This document shows positions 12,179-28,246 of a DNA stretch of 64,000 nt, piece after piece (the first letter of the stretch is position 1; every line of letters starts with the position of its first letter). The notes under the pieces were generated by a model that was not told where the DNA came from, ran no database searches, and saw nothing but the letters and a program-made list of their open reading frames with translations. Location of the stretch: NCBI RefSeq assembly GCF_009914755.1, contig NC_060944.1. One strand, written 5' to 3'. The stretch is from the human T2T-CHM13v2.0 reference genome, Homo sapiens. The translations under genes were made by a program, and so were the position numbers.

Positions 12179-15100
12179 CTTGGGGAGGTGAAATCTCTTT
12201 GTCCAGGTCAAGCAGTGATTGAGTGTTTAAGTCAGGATTTGAAACAAGGCAGTCTTAACTGCTCTGTGGGCACCACAGCTGCAATTCTCTGAGCCCCAGG
12301 TCCCCTGTTGAGTTGCCATCCCTGCTTGCAATGAACTCTCAAGTGGCACCCTTTTTTTAGCTTGGGGTTCCCGCCACCTCACATAGTGCCTCAACTTCTT
12401 CCTTGTTGGTCACATTGCTTTCTCAGGACCAGTTTCTCCTGTGGGTTCCTGGGCCCCTGGGGATGCGTGGTCAGGGAGGCGGGAACTCGCCAGGCTCCGA
12501 GTTTAGCTGCATGAAGCTCCTGGCTGACCAGCTGAAACCCGCACCTCACCCCAACCACCACACGTGCCTTGGGCCCCATGTTGGGGCCTTTCAGGGAGAC
12601 ATCCACCCTCATTAGCCTGTGAGCTTCCATTTATTTTTTCAACAAATACCTATTGTGTACCCACTCCATGCCAGCTGTCTTCTGGGAACAGGGCCCCAGA
12701 AGTAAGTTAGGCAGAGTCCCTGCTCTCAGAGTTCAGAGTGTGCTGTGGCCACAGGCACATAAATAATAATAGAGGTAATGCAGTGTGGTCAGCCCTTGCA
12801 CGGAGATAGGCAGGGGCTCAGTGGCAGCTTAAAACTGGGAACCGATGACTCGACTCAAAGGGGAACTGAGAAAGACTTCTAAGAGGAAGGGATATCTGAG
12901 CTGGGTCTTGAAGGATGAGTAGGAGCTTGCTAGCTAGAAAAGAATAAGGCAGAACATTCAAAGCCGAGGGAATAGCATGTGCAAAGCCTTGAGAAAGGGG
13001 CTCAGCATTTCAAGTTTGGAGTCTGGAGGGTTCCATGTGGCACAGTTAGAGAGCAGGGAGCCTCAGGGAGAGGTGCAGGTGGTGAGACTGAGAGGGTTGA
13101 GAACAGGGCCTTTGGAGTCAGACTGCTTGGATTTCAATTCATCTTACTCCATGTGACCTTGTACCACCAGGCTTCCTTGAGCCAGTTTCCCCATCTATAA
13201 AAGGGGCCATTTCCCCGTCTGTAAAAAGAGCAATCCTCATAGGCTTGTTTTGAAGATTAAATGAGGCAATGCATGGCCAAAGCTTAGCAAGCTGCTTGAC
13301 TCTTGTAAGTCCTCAGAAAGCATTAGACATTGTTATTGACAATGTGATGTGACATGCTATTACTGTTGCTGCCGGGGCTGTTGCTATTGTTATCACTGCT
13401 ATTGTCACTGTAGCTCCAGTGCAACAAAGGAGATGGGGGCACATTAAGAAGAGCTTCCCATGCCTGGCAAAGGAGTGTGGATTTTCTTCTCTTGGCAACA
13501 GGGAGCCCTCAGAGGTTTGTAAACGGAGAGCAACATGATTAGATTAATGAAGAAGCTCTCTCTGGTCGAGGGTGTTAGGAAGGGGAATGACGGGGAGGTA
13601 GGGAAAGATGATGAAACTTCATCCAGGGCAGAGGGTGGGGACAGCGATTTAGGAGATGTGCAATTCATACCTGGTGATAGATTGAAGCTGGGAAGGGAGG
13701 AAGTGGGAGGAGGCGGGAGGAGGCGGGAGGAGGCGGCTGACTGCCAGGTGCCATTTCCCACCTCGGCCGCAGCAGAGGAGGAGGCCCGCCCACTCCACCA
13801 GCTACCACCCACTCCATGTGCGCCCCTGCACCCAGCCCCCAACGCAGCCCTTATTCAGGCCGGGTCTCCCAGGTGTAGACTGGTCCAGCCCCTGGACATC
13901 TATCTCACAAGACTCTGCCATCTGGGCACACAGTCCCCTCGCCCTTCAACCAGAGGCTTCCACTCCACCCCCTATGTTTCCTGCGGTCTCTAGGGGTTGG
14001 ATTTCTGGCCCTCTTGCCCCTGACCCCAGGGGCTCCTCAGCGGCATCTCCCAGTGAAGGCCTGGAGGTGCTCACCTTCCACCGCAGCCTCGCTTCGTTGC
14101 CTTTGGCGCCCTCTGCCGGCCGCGCCGTGCTGCTGCGTGGTTCTCCCGCCCGTCTGAAGCAGCACCCACTCGCTTACAGGGTCACACCTTTCCCTGCCTG
14201 TCCGGAGAGAATGTCCTCAGACCTAGCCACCGTCCCCCCCGCACCCCCGCACCCCCGCCCCGCAAAGACCGGCTGGCGCAGAAAGAACCTGGGTCTCTGG
14301 CGCCATCTGTGCAAACGGCTGCTCCTTTCCCACATGTCCTGGCGCTGAGCCCTGGCTTCCCTGGGGATAGGGGTGGGGCTGTGGTGCCGCCCCATCCCAC
14401 GCCTACACCCACGCCCACAGCCACCTGGGGCCGTGGGCTTCCACGGCCGCTCCTGCTCCTTCTGTTGGCGTCTGGACTCTTCTCTCTATCCCTGTGGTCG
14501 TTTCTGGAGGCCAGGCCACCATCATCTCTTAACTGGGTGGCTTCAACACAGCTCCTCACTGTCCCCTCCCAACGTGCACACATGTACGTGGGCGTGCACG
14601 CGCACACACACCATCTGTTCTCCACGTGTAATCAGAGGAGCAGTTGTTTTTAAAAGCAATTCTGATCATGCTCCCCTTCGTAGTGTAACTCAATGTCTCC
14701 CATTGCACTGATGACCAAGCCCCAAGCCCTTATCTGGGTGGGCAGGGCTGAGCCTGTGAGCCCTGCTGTGTCCCCTGCTGGCTTTCGCAGAGGTCACCTC
14801 TAGGGAAGAGTTTCATCCCGCAGTCTGTAAAGTGGCTCCCTGTCTTTCTCCTCTCTCCCGGCCTTTCCCATCCTGGTGCCTAGCTTGACGCTCCTCTGTC
14901 TCCTTGGGATCTTTTCCTCCCTGTCCCTGGAGCCTGGGGGCCACCTGTGTTGGAGCCTGCGTTCTCTCTAGGAGGCTGCAGGCTGCTGGCCCTTCCCCCT
15001 TACTGGGGCTGCCCCACGTGCCATCACTGCAGCATGTAGGCAGGAACACAAACATGGCTGTCTCCTCGCAGGGACTATCAGGACCCCTAGAATGCTCACG

Positions 15101-15208
15101 TTGAGCTGGATTATTTCAGGGGGAGTCTTGGTTACCTGAAGGCTTCCCCAAGATCTGAGCTACCTGGTCAGAGGTTCCTAAGTCAGAGGTTTCAAGCTAT
15201 GATCTTGA

Positions 15209-15837
<629 letters not shown>

Positions 15838-15879
15838 GTACGTGCCCCTCCCTGCCCCAGAGCAGCCTCCCTCCACCTC

Positions 15880-16665
15880 TTGTCTTTTTCCAACTTCCTT
15901 CTTTCTCTCCTCCCTCCCTCCTTCCTTCTTTCTCTCCTCCCTTCCTCCCTTCCTTCTTTCTCCCTTCCCTTCCTCCTTCCTTCTTTCTCTCCTCCCTTCC
16001 TCCTTCCTTCTTTCTTCCCTCCCTCCCTCCTTCCTTCTTTCTTCCCTCCCTCCCTCCCTTTCTTCTTTCTTCCCTCACTTCCCCCCTTCCTTCTTTCTTT
16101 CCTCTCTTCCTTCTTTCTTTTCTCCCTTCCTCCCTTCCTTTCTTCCCTCCCTTCCTCCCTTTCTCCCTTTCTTCTGTCTTCCCTCCCTTCCTTCTTTCTT
16201 CCCTCCCTTCCCCCTTTCCTTCTTTCTTCCTCCCTCCCTTCCTTCCTTCTTTCTTCCCTCCCTTCCTTCTTTCTTCCCTCCCTCTCTCCCTCCCTTTCTT
16301 TTCCCTACCTGCCTCCCTCCCTCTCTCCCTCCCTTCCTTTCTTCTTTCTTCCCTTCCTCCTTCCCTCCTTTTCTGCTTTTCTTCCTTCCTCTCTTTTCTC
16401 TTTTTTTCTCTCTCTCTGTCACTCTTTCTCAGTCTCTCTTGGTGCTTGTCACTTTCTTTCTCCCCACATCCTCTCTTCATCTCTCTCTCTCTCTGCTTCT
16501 ACCTCTCACCCTCTCCTCCCCTCAGTTCCCCTTTACTCTCCCCATCTCTGTGTGCCTGTTCTGCTCTTTTCTTCTTCTATCTCTGTCTCTCCTTCACTCT
16601 TGGTCTGTCTCTGTATTTTCCAGTCTCTTTTTATTTTCTCTCTTCTCCTTTCATTCTCCCTTTCC
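15880..16665 (+). repeat. Polypyrimidine (CT-rich, CCTT/CTTT/CCCT) low-complexity tract
   Basis: ~780 nt almost free of purines on the + strand. Confidence 0.95.
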
Positions 16666-16939
16666 CCCCAATTTTTTATAGTGATAAAACACATATAACA
16701 TAAAATACCATCTTACCCATTTTAAGTGTGCAGGTTAGTGGTATTAAGTACATTCATATTGTTGTGCAGCCATTACCACTCTCCATCTTCAGAATGACTT
16801 TCATCTCGCAAAACTGAAACTCTGTACCCATCAAACAGTAATTCCCATTCCCTGCCTACCCCTGGCTCCTGGCGACCACCATTCTACTTTCTGTCTCTAT
16901 GAATTTGACTACTGTAAGCACTTTATAGAAGTGGATTCA

Positions 16940-17414
<475 letters not shown>

Positions 17415-18582
17415 AGAAGTGGATTCATACAGTATTTGTCTTTTTTTGACTGGCATATTTCACTTAGCATAATGTCCTCAAGGTTCATCTATGTTGTAGT
17501 ATGTGTCAGAGTTTCCTTCCTTTTTAAGGCTGAATGTACTCCATTGTATGTCTATACCACGTTTCACTTATGCATCCATTCATTGATGGACACTTGGGTT
17601 GCCTCCATGTTTTAGCTATTGTGAATCATGCTGTGACGAACATGAGTGTACAAATATCTCTTGAAATCCTGCTTCCAATTCCTTTGGTTATACACCCAGA
17701 AGTGGAGTTGCTGGATTGTATGGTAATGCTATTTTAAATTTTTTAAGGACCTGCTATACTGTTTTCCACAACATGTTACATTCCCACCAACAGTACACAA
17801 GGATTCTAGTTTCTCCACATCCTCACCAACACTTGCTATTTTCTGCTTTTTCTTTTTTGTTAGTAGCCATACTAGTAGATGTGAGGTGGTCTCTCACTGT
17901 GGTTTTGATTTGCATTTTTCTCGTGATGAGTGACGTTGAGCATCTTTTCATGTGCCCGTTGTCCATCTGTATGTCTTCTTTGGAGAAATGTCTATTCAAG
18001 TCCTTTGTCCATGTTTGAACTGGGTTGGGTTTTTGTCATTGAATTTTAGGATTTCTCTATGTATTCTGGAGATGAATCCCTTATCAGATAGACGTACTAT
18101 TTTCTCCCATTCTATAGGATGTCTTTGAAATCACTGCCAAATCCACTATCATGGAGGTTTTGTTCTATGTTTTCTCCTAAGAGTTTTATAGTTTTAGGTC
18201 TTTCATTTAGGTCATGGGTCCAGTTTGAATTAAATCTTATATATGGTATTGGGTAAGGATCTAACTTCATTCTTTTGCATGCGGATATCCAATTTTCCTA
18301 CACTATCTGTTGGAAAGATGGTTGGTCTTTTCTCCATTGAATGGCCTTGGTACCCTGTCTAAAATCATTTAACCGTGTATGTGAGGGTTTGTTTCTGGAC
18401 TCTATTCTATTTTATTGGTCTATATGTTTGTCTTTATGCCAGCCCCACACTGTTTGATGCTAGAGTTTTGGAGTTCGTTTTGAAATCAGGAAGTGTGAAT
18501 CCGCCAGCTTTGTTCTTCTTTTTCAGGGTTGTGTTGGCTATTCAGGTTCCTTGAGATTCCCTATGAATTTTAGAGTAAGCTA

Positions 18583-18976
<394 letters not shown>

Positions 18977-19870
18977 ATAATAATTGGTATCACCCAGAGC
19001 TGGGCACTGGGCACACAGGGATGCAGAAGTCCTGGGGAGCCAGGAAGAAAGCCAGGGGTTTTAAGTACCAGAGCTGAGACAGAGCCAGACCAGGGGGCTG
19101 ATCATCTGAGGGCAGGGAGTCAGAGAGAGTGGCCCAGGGCAGGTAACCTTTTGCACTGGTCTTGGCAGAGCGGCAGGAGCCCATCGTTGGCTCCCGGGGG
19201 GATGGATATGACAGTACTGCTGCCCCAGCTCAGAGAGCTGGATAAACTTGCTCTGGGGTGTACGAAAGCTCAGAGAAGTCACAGTGGAGGGCTGTTAGGC
19301 CAAAGGACTGGATGGTGGCCTGTGCCTATGTCTCTGATGGGAACCTGAGTATGGCTAATTCTGCTAGGGGCATCAGATGGCCACAGCCTGATCAGTGATG
19401 GTGCTAAGAGGACAAGGAAAGTGGTGCCAGCCTGGGTCAGTGGGTCCCAAAGCTGATCGGTATTACAATCACCTGGGGCATGGGTTTAAAACAGATTCCC
19501 ATGCCCTACCCCAAGGACTCTTTCAGGAGGGCTGGAGTGAAGCCCACCCAAGATGCTGCATTTTATTCCCATGGTCCCCAGGTAATTCTGCCACATGGCA
19601 TCCAGGGCCATTCTTAGGAACCACTGGCCCAAAGGGTAAATTCTTCCAAGGAGTCCCAGGTCTCCATTCTTCTACCTCTGTACTATCAGCCTTTTGAGTA
19701 GGGACTTGGAGGAGGTGGAATATAACTGAGGATGTTTCTGCATATGGGCAAAAAATGAAATAGAACATGGAGAAGTAAAAAGAACTAATATGAGAGACCT
19801 GGTTTTGAGTCTGGACTCTACTGTATCCAAGCTGTGTGACCTTGGACAAGTGACCGAACCTGTCTGAGTC

Positions 19871-20164
<294 letters not shown>

Positions 20165-20546
20165 TCATGTCTGAGTCTTTGTTTCCCCTTGCGTGAGATG
20201 GGGCCAACAGTATTAACCTGAGCTATTATAAGGGTTAAATAAAAGGATGCCTGCAAAAGGGGCTTAGATCAGGTTTGGCTCTAAGCAAGTGCCTGGTAAG
20301 TGGTGCTGCTGCCATTAATGTGATTTTTGTTATTGTCACCAGGAGGACTTTTATATCTGTCCCTAAGTCCCTGCCTGCTGGTTCAACAGAGTGAAAGGCT
20401 TAGGGAGGTCTTCTGGGATAGCTGTCCTGGGACTTTGGTCTCTTCCCACCTGGGACCCTGGGATCCTGAAGCCGTCGTGCTCTTGGGCTGTATGTCAGGC
20501 AGATCCAAGCATCATCTTGCTGGGGTACACCTTGGTGGGGTTTTGA

Positions 20547-20783
<237 letters not shown>

Positions 20784-21378
20784 TGAGCACAGCACAGAGT
20801 TGCAGAGAGCGTCCCTTAAATCAATGCAGGCGAACAGATTAGCTACGCATCGGCCTGCCTCGTGCGCTGTGCTCAGTGAATAGGATGGGTCCCCATTCAT
20901 ATCCTTATCTGTGTGATTATCAAGAGCAGGACATGAGAGGACCCTGGAAAACATGCTGCGCAGAAGGGAGGTATTGATCTCATTCGTGTCACCCACACAC
21001 GCAGGTGGCCGCAGCTGGCCTTGTCTCATCTTCATCAGCTGTGACAATTTGATTCAATAAATGTTCACCATAAAGATATATTCCTATGTGGGACAATAAT
21101 AAAGTCAAGAATACTGGAGGGTGCCTGCTCTGTGCCAGGCACCACGCTGGCTGCCAGGGGCCCAGATAAACAAGATGTGGGCTGTTCTCAACTCACAAAT
21201 GAGGTTCAGAAAGGAAACAGATGCAGCAATGAGAGACCTGCGTGCCCCAGCACCCCACAGATAGACCTCTGAAGCGCCACCTCCTTGGAAATATGTCACA
21301 TCCCCAGATCCTCAGCTGCAGCTGCAGTCCTGCCCTGGCCCTGCCCTTGTGTACCCCACAGAGCCTCAGTAACCGTGA

Positions 21379-22105
<727 letters not shown>

Positions 22106-22740
22106 CTAATGGATCTTTTTACGGAGCATGTCATCCTCTCCTTAAATACTGTTTGTAGCTGTCAGTAACACACTTTTAAGACAGGAATGGGATTCGGGCT
22201 ATACAATGTCTCTCTGGGCCCCTACCTCAATTGACTCAGCTCTCCACTTGAAAGTAATACATTCATTCATTCAGTCCTTCTGCAACTAAAATTGATTGAG
22301 CGTTGTGCCAGGTGCTACAGACACAACCATGGTTAAGATGAAGGAAACTAACAGAGACCCTGGTCAGATAGGGTGGTCAGCAGAGGCCAGCTTGGGAGAT
22401 GATCCAGTCCAGGACCTAAAGAATAAGACAGAGGCAGCCATCTGAGCAGTTGGAGGTGTGTAGGTGGATGGTAAGGACTTTCAGGTAGAAGAACAGCATA
22501 TGCAAAGTGACCAATATGAATCCATTGCCTAGTGGGTGCCAGGCAGGAATGCCCTTGCTCTGTGGGCCAATGCATGGTGTCTCATCAGGCCTGAAGACAA
22601 TGATCTATGGGCATGTCTGCATGCCCGCTTGACTGGCATATCCTAGGGAACAAGAGCCATGCCTCCCTCATCTGCCTTCCCCTGCCCTCTGGGGTCGTAG
22701 GCCTGAGGGTGCTAAATAAATCCCCTCTTTCCCACTGCAG

Positions 22741-22865
22741 GCATCACCCAAGAGAAAATCAACGAGATGCGGGTGGCTCCTGAGCAGCAGATGATTGCGG
22801 ACATCCACTGCATGATCGCAGCGGGCCAGGACCTGGACTGGATAGATGCCCAGGGTGCCACACTG
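22741..22865 (+). CDS. PPP1R16B: PPP1R16B exon 6, 125 nt, (G)ITQEKINEMRVAPEQQMIADIHCMIAAGQDLDWIDAQGATL
   Basis: Acceptor ctttcccactgcAG and donor CTG|GTGAGG. Confidence 0.97.
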
Positions 22866-23065
22866 GTGAGGAGATGGGCCAGTACCAAAACCAAGACCAG
22901 CTAGGTCCGAAGTGGGCCAGCACCTGGTGGGGACCAACCCTGTACCCTTGGGGCCTGTCTGTGACCTTGGACCTCCGCAAGAATCCTTTTGGGCCAGGAT
23001 TGCCCCTGGATAGGGAGGGTCAGCAGAGCAGGGCTCAGCCTCTTTGAGAACCTGGCCTCTCTCTG

Positions 23066-23230
23066 GGCTGGGCTTGGTGGCTCACACCTGTAGTCCCAGC
23101 TACCTGGGAGGCTGAGGTGGGAGGATCACTTGAGCCTGGGAGTTTGAGTTTGAGTTGTGATTGCACCAATGCACTCTAGCCTGGGTGACAGAAAGACTTT
23201 GTCTTTAATAAACAAACAAACAAAAAAGAA
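23066..23230 (+). mobile_element. Alu monomer (FRAM-like)
   Basis: Single right-arm-like unit with an A-rich tail. Confidence 0.8.
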
Positions 23231-23576
23231 TCCAGCCACTCTCAAGTGGGGCTTGGAGTTAGGAGCCTGGGTCGGAGACCTGGCTCCCACCTGTTCACCA
23301 ACTGCTCTGTCTCCAAGATATTCCTTCACCCCAGGCTTCATGTGTCCATCTTGAGCTCCTTATTTCCCTCTCCTCTAATGATGTCCTCCATTAAGGACTG
23401 GTGTCACCATTCACCCACTCACTCGTGCTTTCTTGCTTTGCACTGTCCATTCCCCTGCCTTAATATCACCTCTCCTACCCTAGCACCCCACTGCCTTGCC
23501 TCATCAGCTCCCCTGATATTACTGCAACAGCCTCTCCTTTGGGTTCCCTGACTTCAGAGTCTGCCCACTACTCCCA

Positions 23577-23617
23577 GTCATCCATTCATCCATTGGTCCA
23601 TCCAACCATCCATCCAT

Positions 23618-23653
<36 letters not shown>

Positions 23654-23700
23654 CCATCCAGCCATCCATCCATCATTCCATCCATCCATCCAGCCATCCA
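23577..23700. repeat. (TCCA)n tetranucleotide repeat
   Basis: Read directly. Confidence 0.9.
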
Positions 23701-25149
23701 GTCAACACACAGTTATGAGCACCTCCTCTGTGCACATACTTTACTAGACCCTGGAGACAGAGAACAATGGGACCTTCTTCTCTCTCAAATCCGCCTGGTT
23801 AACTCCACTCATCCTTGCAGCTCAAGTGTCACTGACTTAGGAAAACCTCCCTGGCCACTCCTCATAGGCTCTCAGAGCACACTGCAGCCTAATATTGGGG
23901 AGGTCTGCTTCTGCAACCTGTAAGTCAAAATTCAGAGCATGGCTATGGCAGCCTACCCCACTGACTGGGGGGTGGGTGCCCTGTCCCAGGCTTAGGTTCC
24001 ACGCTGGTCGTAAGCACTCAGCAGTCTCGGGATCTCGAGCTCACTAGATAGGGCTCAGCAGTACCAGATATCCTCACTGCCCCTCAGGCCTGACCTGGCA
24101 GCCCAGGTGTGATAAGTGGGCTTCTCCCACCTGCTTCCTGAGCTCTCACATCTGTTTTATGCCCATTTCTATTACTTGGGTGCCTGCTTGGATCACCTGC
24201 TCAGCCTAGCACTCAAGAATGGGGTCAGGTAGGAAGTCTGACTATTTCTGTCTGAAGTCAAGGCCAGGCTGCACTAGGGCATTACCCAGCCTCATTGCAG
24301 CTCCAATGGGGCTGTCATTGGGTCCTCTAGACACAGGGATCTTCTCTACCTGGGCTGGGGCTGGCCTCAGGGTGGCCCCACCCCCATGGGCTGGGCATAT
24401 ACTAGGTCTCAGGTCTTCCCAGTAAACTGGAGATCATAGTGTCTTCCTCACAGTGTTGCTGGGAGCATTAAATGAGATTCTGTGTGAAAGTGCTTAGCAC
24501 AGTCTGCAAATTCTCAATAGATGTTAGCAATGACCATTATTTTTACTAACAATGCCACTATTCCACTCATACCTTTTCATTTCCAGCCAAGTAGTGAGGT
24601 TTGTAATGTCGGACTGGCCAGCAGGTGTCATTCTCTACAACTGACAAGCATCAGACATTTATAAATCAGATAATTATACTAATTTTCACATCATACCCTT
24701 GCTTTTTCAAGTTGGAAAAAAAAAAAGCTTCAAGCAACCTTCTCCCAGGATGAGGTGGCATCTGACCATCAGGGCTGTGTTCAGAAGGATCACTTCCTGA
24801 GGCCATGCCTTCTTTGTCCCACTGACTCTCCAGCCCAAGACCTCAGGCCCCCGAGGTTCTCTGGCTTCCTCCCAGCTAGTCTTCTGCTAGCCGCCTTGGA
24901 CTCTCACTTCTATCTCTCATCTTGGCTGGGCAGTTGATGTCTTTTTGCCTTATTTCCTTCTCTCTCCTTCATTCATTCTCATGGTCATCATTTAGGACTC
25001 TCTAAGAATGTGAATCCCTTACTGAGTGTTCATTATGGGCTAAGCTATTTATGTATTTTGGGGGCAAATTGAACAATCATGACAACTGAGGTCTGCCAGG
25101 CAGTGGCCATGACTGAAGGCCTTGAATGGGATCACAGTCCCTCATTGGA

Positions 25150-25720
25150 TGTATTATCTATTGCTGCATAACAAACTACCCCACAATGTAGCATCTTAAA
25201 ACAATAATAAATATTTATTGTCTCACATGGTTTCTTTGGGTCAGAGAGTTAGGAACAGCTTAACTGGGTGGCTCTGGCTTGGTGGCTCTCATGATATTGC
25301 AACCAAGATGTTGCAATATTGTTGAGACTACTGGGGCTGCAGTCTCATCTGAAGGCTTGACTGGTACTGGAGGATCCACTTCCAAGTCAGTTCACACACA
25401 TGGCTGGCAAGTTAGTGCTGGCTGTTGGCAGGAAGCCTCAGTTTCTCACCTCTTTAGGACCTCTCCTTGAGGCTTCTTGAGGATCCTCACAACATAGTGG
25501 CTGCCTTCTTCTAGAATAATTGATCCAAGACAACATAAAGTAGAAGCAGAAATGCCTTTTATGCCCTAGCCTCAGAAATCACAAACAGGATATTCACAAT
25601 ATCCTATTTGTTAGAAGTGAGTCACTCAGTCTGGCCCACATTCAAGGTGAGAACAGTCAGGCTCCATCTTTTAAAGGAAGATGTGTCAAAGAATTTGTAG
25701 ACATATTTAAAAATCACCAT
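25150..25720. mobile_element. MLT1 (MaLR) LTR, F/G-like
   Basis: ctattgctgcataacaaactacccca...ttattgtctcacatggtt...ggctgcagtctcatctgaaggcttgactgg...tagcctcagaaatcaca...gaatttgtagacatattt. Confidence 0.8.
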
Positions 25721-25959
25721 ATTGAACCTCAGAGACCCCTTCTTCAGGGCTCAATGCACAGTAGGGGCTCAGTAAATGCTATTGCTTTAACCACATGGAT
25801 GCTAAGACCAACCACAGGGGAGAAGAATTCAGCTCTCTACCTTTCCTTTTAAGTCCATATTTCAGACTTAATAATCCTCTGCAATGTGACTGGTATTTCC
25901 ATTTCATTCTATTCCATTCTACTGGCCCCAAGGATGCTGTGGGAGTTGGGTGAAGGTGA

Positions 25960-26202
<243 letters not shown>

Positions 26203-26294
26203 TGACACCAAGTTTTTTGGGCTGGCAGTTGTTTTCAAAGAACATAAGACTTTAAGGCTTAAGGTGTTGAATATAGCTCATATGTGGGATATGA

Positions 26295-26639
<345 letters not shown>

Positions 26640-27035
26640 TGACAAGTTGTGTTCTAATAGGATGGTAATCAAATTTGCCAAATAAGAAAATTACCAGCAT
26701 TTTTGCTTCTAGCAGTTTCTCCATTTGTTTCCAGATACAAAACTCTGATTGTCACTTACACCTAGTCCCTCCTTAGATACCTGCCAGCTCTAGAGTTACA
26801 GCCAACTCTTTCTTCTCCTTCTTCTTGGTGTGGCCCAGGCATGTGGAGGAGGTGCTAAGCTCATTGCATCTGTCTGGATTCCCCCCATGGCTCTAGTTTG
26901 CAGGCCTTCCCTGGAAATCAACTTTGTCCCACCATTCTTTGGGTCACATCCTAAGAGGCCTTGGGCACTCTCTCCACCTCCTAGGCTTTCTGAGCTCTGG
27001 GCAGGGGGACACATGAGCTTCTTCCTGTGTTTCAG

Positions 27036-27111
27036 ATGCAGATGGCAGAGCTATTGGTGTCCCATGGAGCTAGTCTCAGTGCAAGGACATCCATGGATGA
27101 GATGCCAATAG
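27036..27111 (+). CDS. PPP1R16B: PPP1R16B exon 8, 76 nt, MQMAELLVSHGASLSARTSMDEMPI(D)
   Basis: Acceptor ttcctgtgtttcAG and donor AG|GTAAGT. Confidence 0.96.
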
Positions 27112-27159
27112 GTAAGTCCAGCACAATAGCTGGTGTGCACAAATAGGCAGTTATCAATG

Positions 27160-27505
27160 TTTTGATGGGTAGAGGGAGAAATAGATAAATATATGGTTGT
27201 ATAGATTGATGGATTGGTGTCTAGATAGATAGATGGATTAATTAATGGATGGTAGATGAATGGACGGATGGACAGATTAATGGATAGATGGATAAATGGA
27301 TGAATGGATGGTTGAGGTGGTAGATGGGTAGATATTATGAGGTCTGGTTGAATGGATGGGTGGGTGGGTGGATGGATGGATGGATGGATGGATGGATGGA
27401 TAGACAGAAAAATAAGTGGATGAGTGGGTAAAGGATGAATCTATGAATACATGGCTCAGTCAGCAATAGGTAGATAGATGGATGAAGGGGTTAGGTAGAA
27501 TAGAT
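27160..27505. repeat. Degenerate (TGGA/TAGA)n tract
   Basis: Read directly; fills much of PPP1R16B intron 8. Confidence 0.88.
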
Positions 27506-27623
27506 GGGAGTATGTAGCTTTATTAGCAACTTTGCATAATTTATTGCTTGGGCTATGTGGGGTACCTGCTTGGGGACTCTTCTTGGAAACTATCAAAGAG
27601 CAACATGAATCCCTCGGTCATAG

Positions 27624-27989
<366 letters not shown>

Positions 27990-28080
27990 TGAGTCCGGGG
28001 CAGGGCAGCCAGGAGTCCCTCTGTGTGCTCCTGCCTGTGGTGCCTGGGTGCAGCCTCTAGGACCCACTTTGTCCTCTCAG

Positions 28081-28246
28081 GAAGGTGGTGCGGCGAGCCA
28101 GCCTGTCGGACAGGACCAACCTGTATAGGAAGGAGTATGAGGGAGAGGCCATCCTGTGGCAGCGGAGTGCAGCTGAGGATCAGCGGACCTCCACCTACAA
28201 CGGGGACATCAGGGAGACCAGGACAGACCAAGAGAATAAGGACCCT
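28081..28246 (+). CDS. PPP1R16B: PPP1R16B exon 10, 166 nt, (G)KVVRRASLSDRTNLYRKEYEGEAILWQRSAAEDQRTSTYNGDIRETRTDQENKDP
   Basis: Acceptor tttgtcctctcAG and donor CCT|GTGAGT; preceded by a 92-nt intron. Confidence 0.97.

Noticed and set aside
21273-21288. Partial CTCF-like motifs (also at 1745-1759)
   Set aside because: Only the AGGTGGCGC half matches, with no supporting CpG-rich context.
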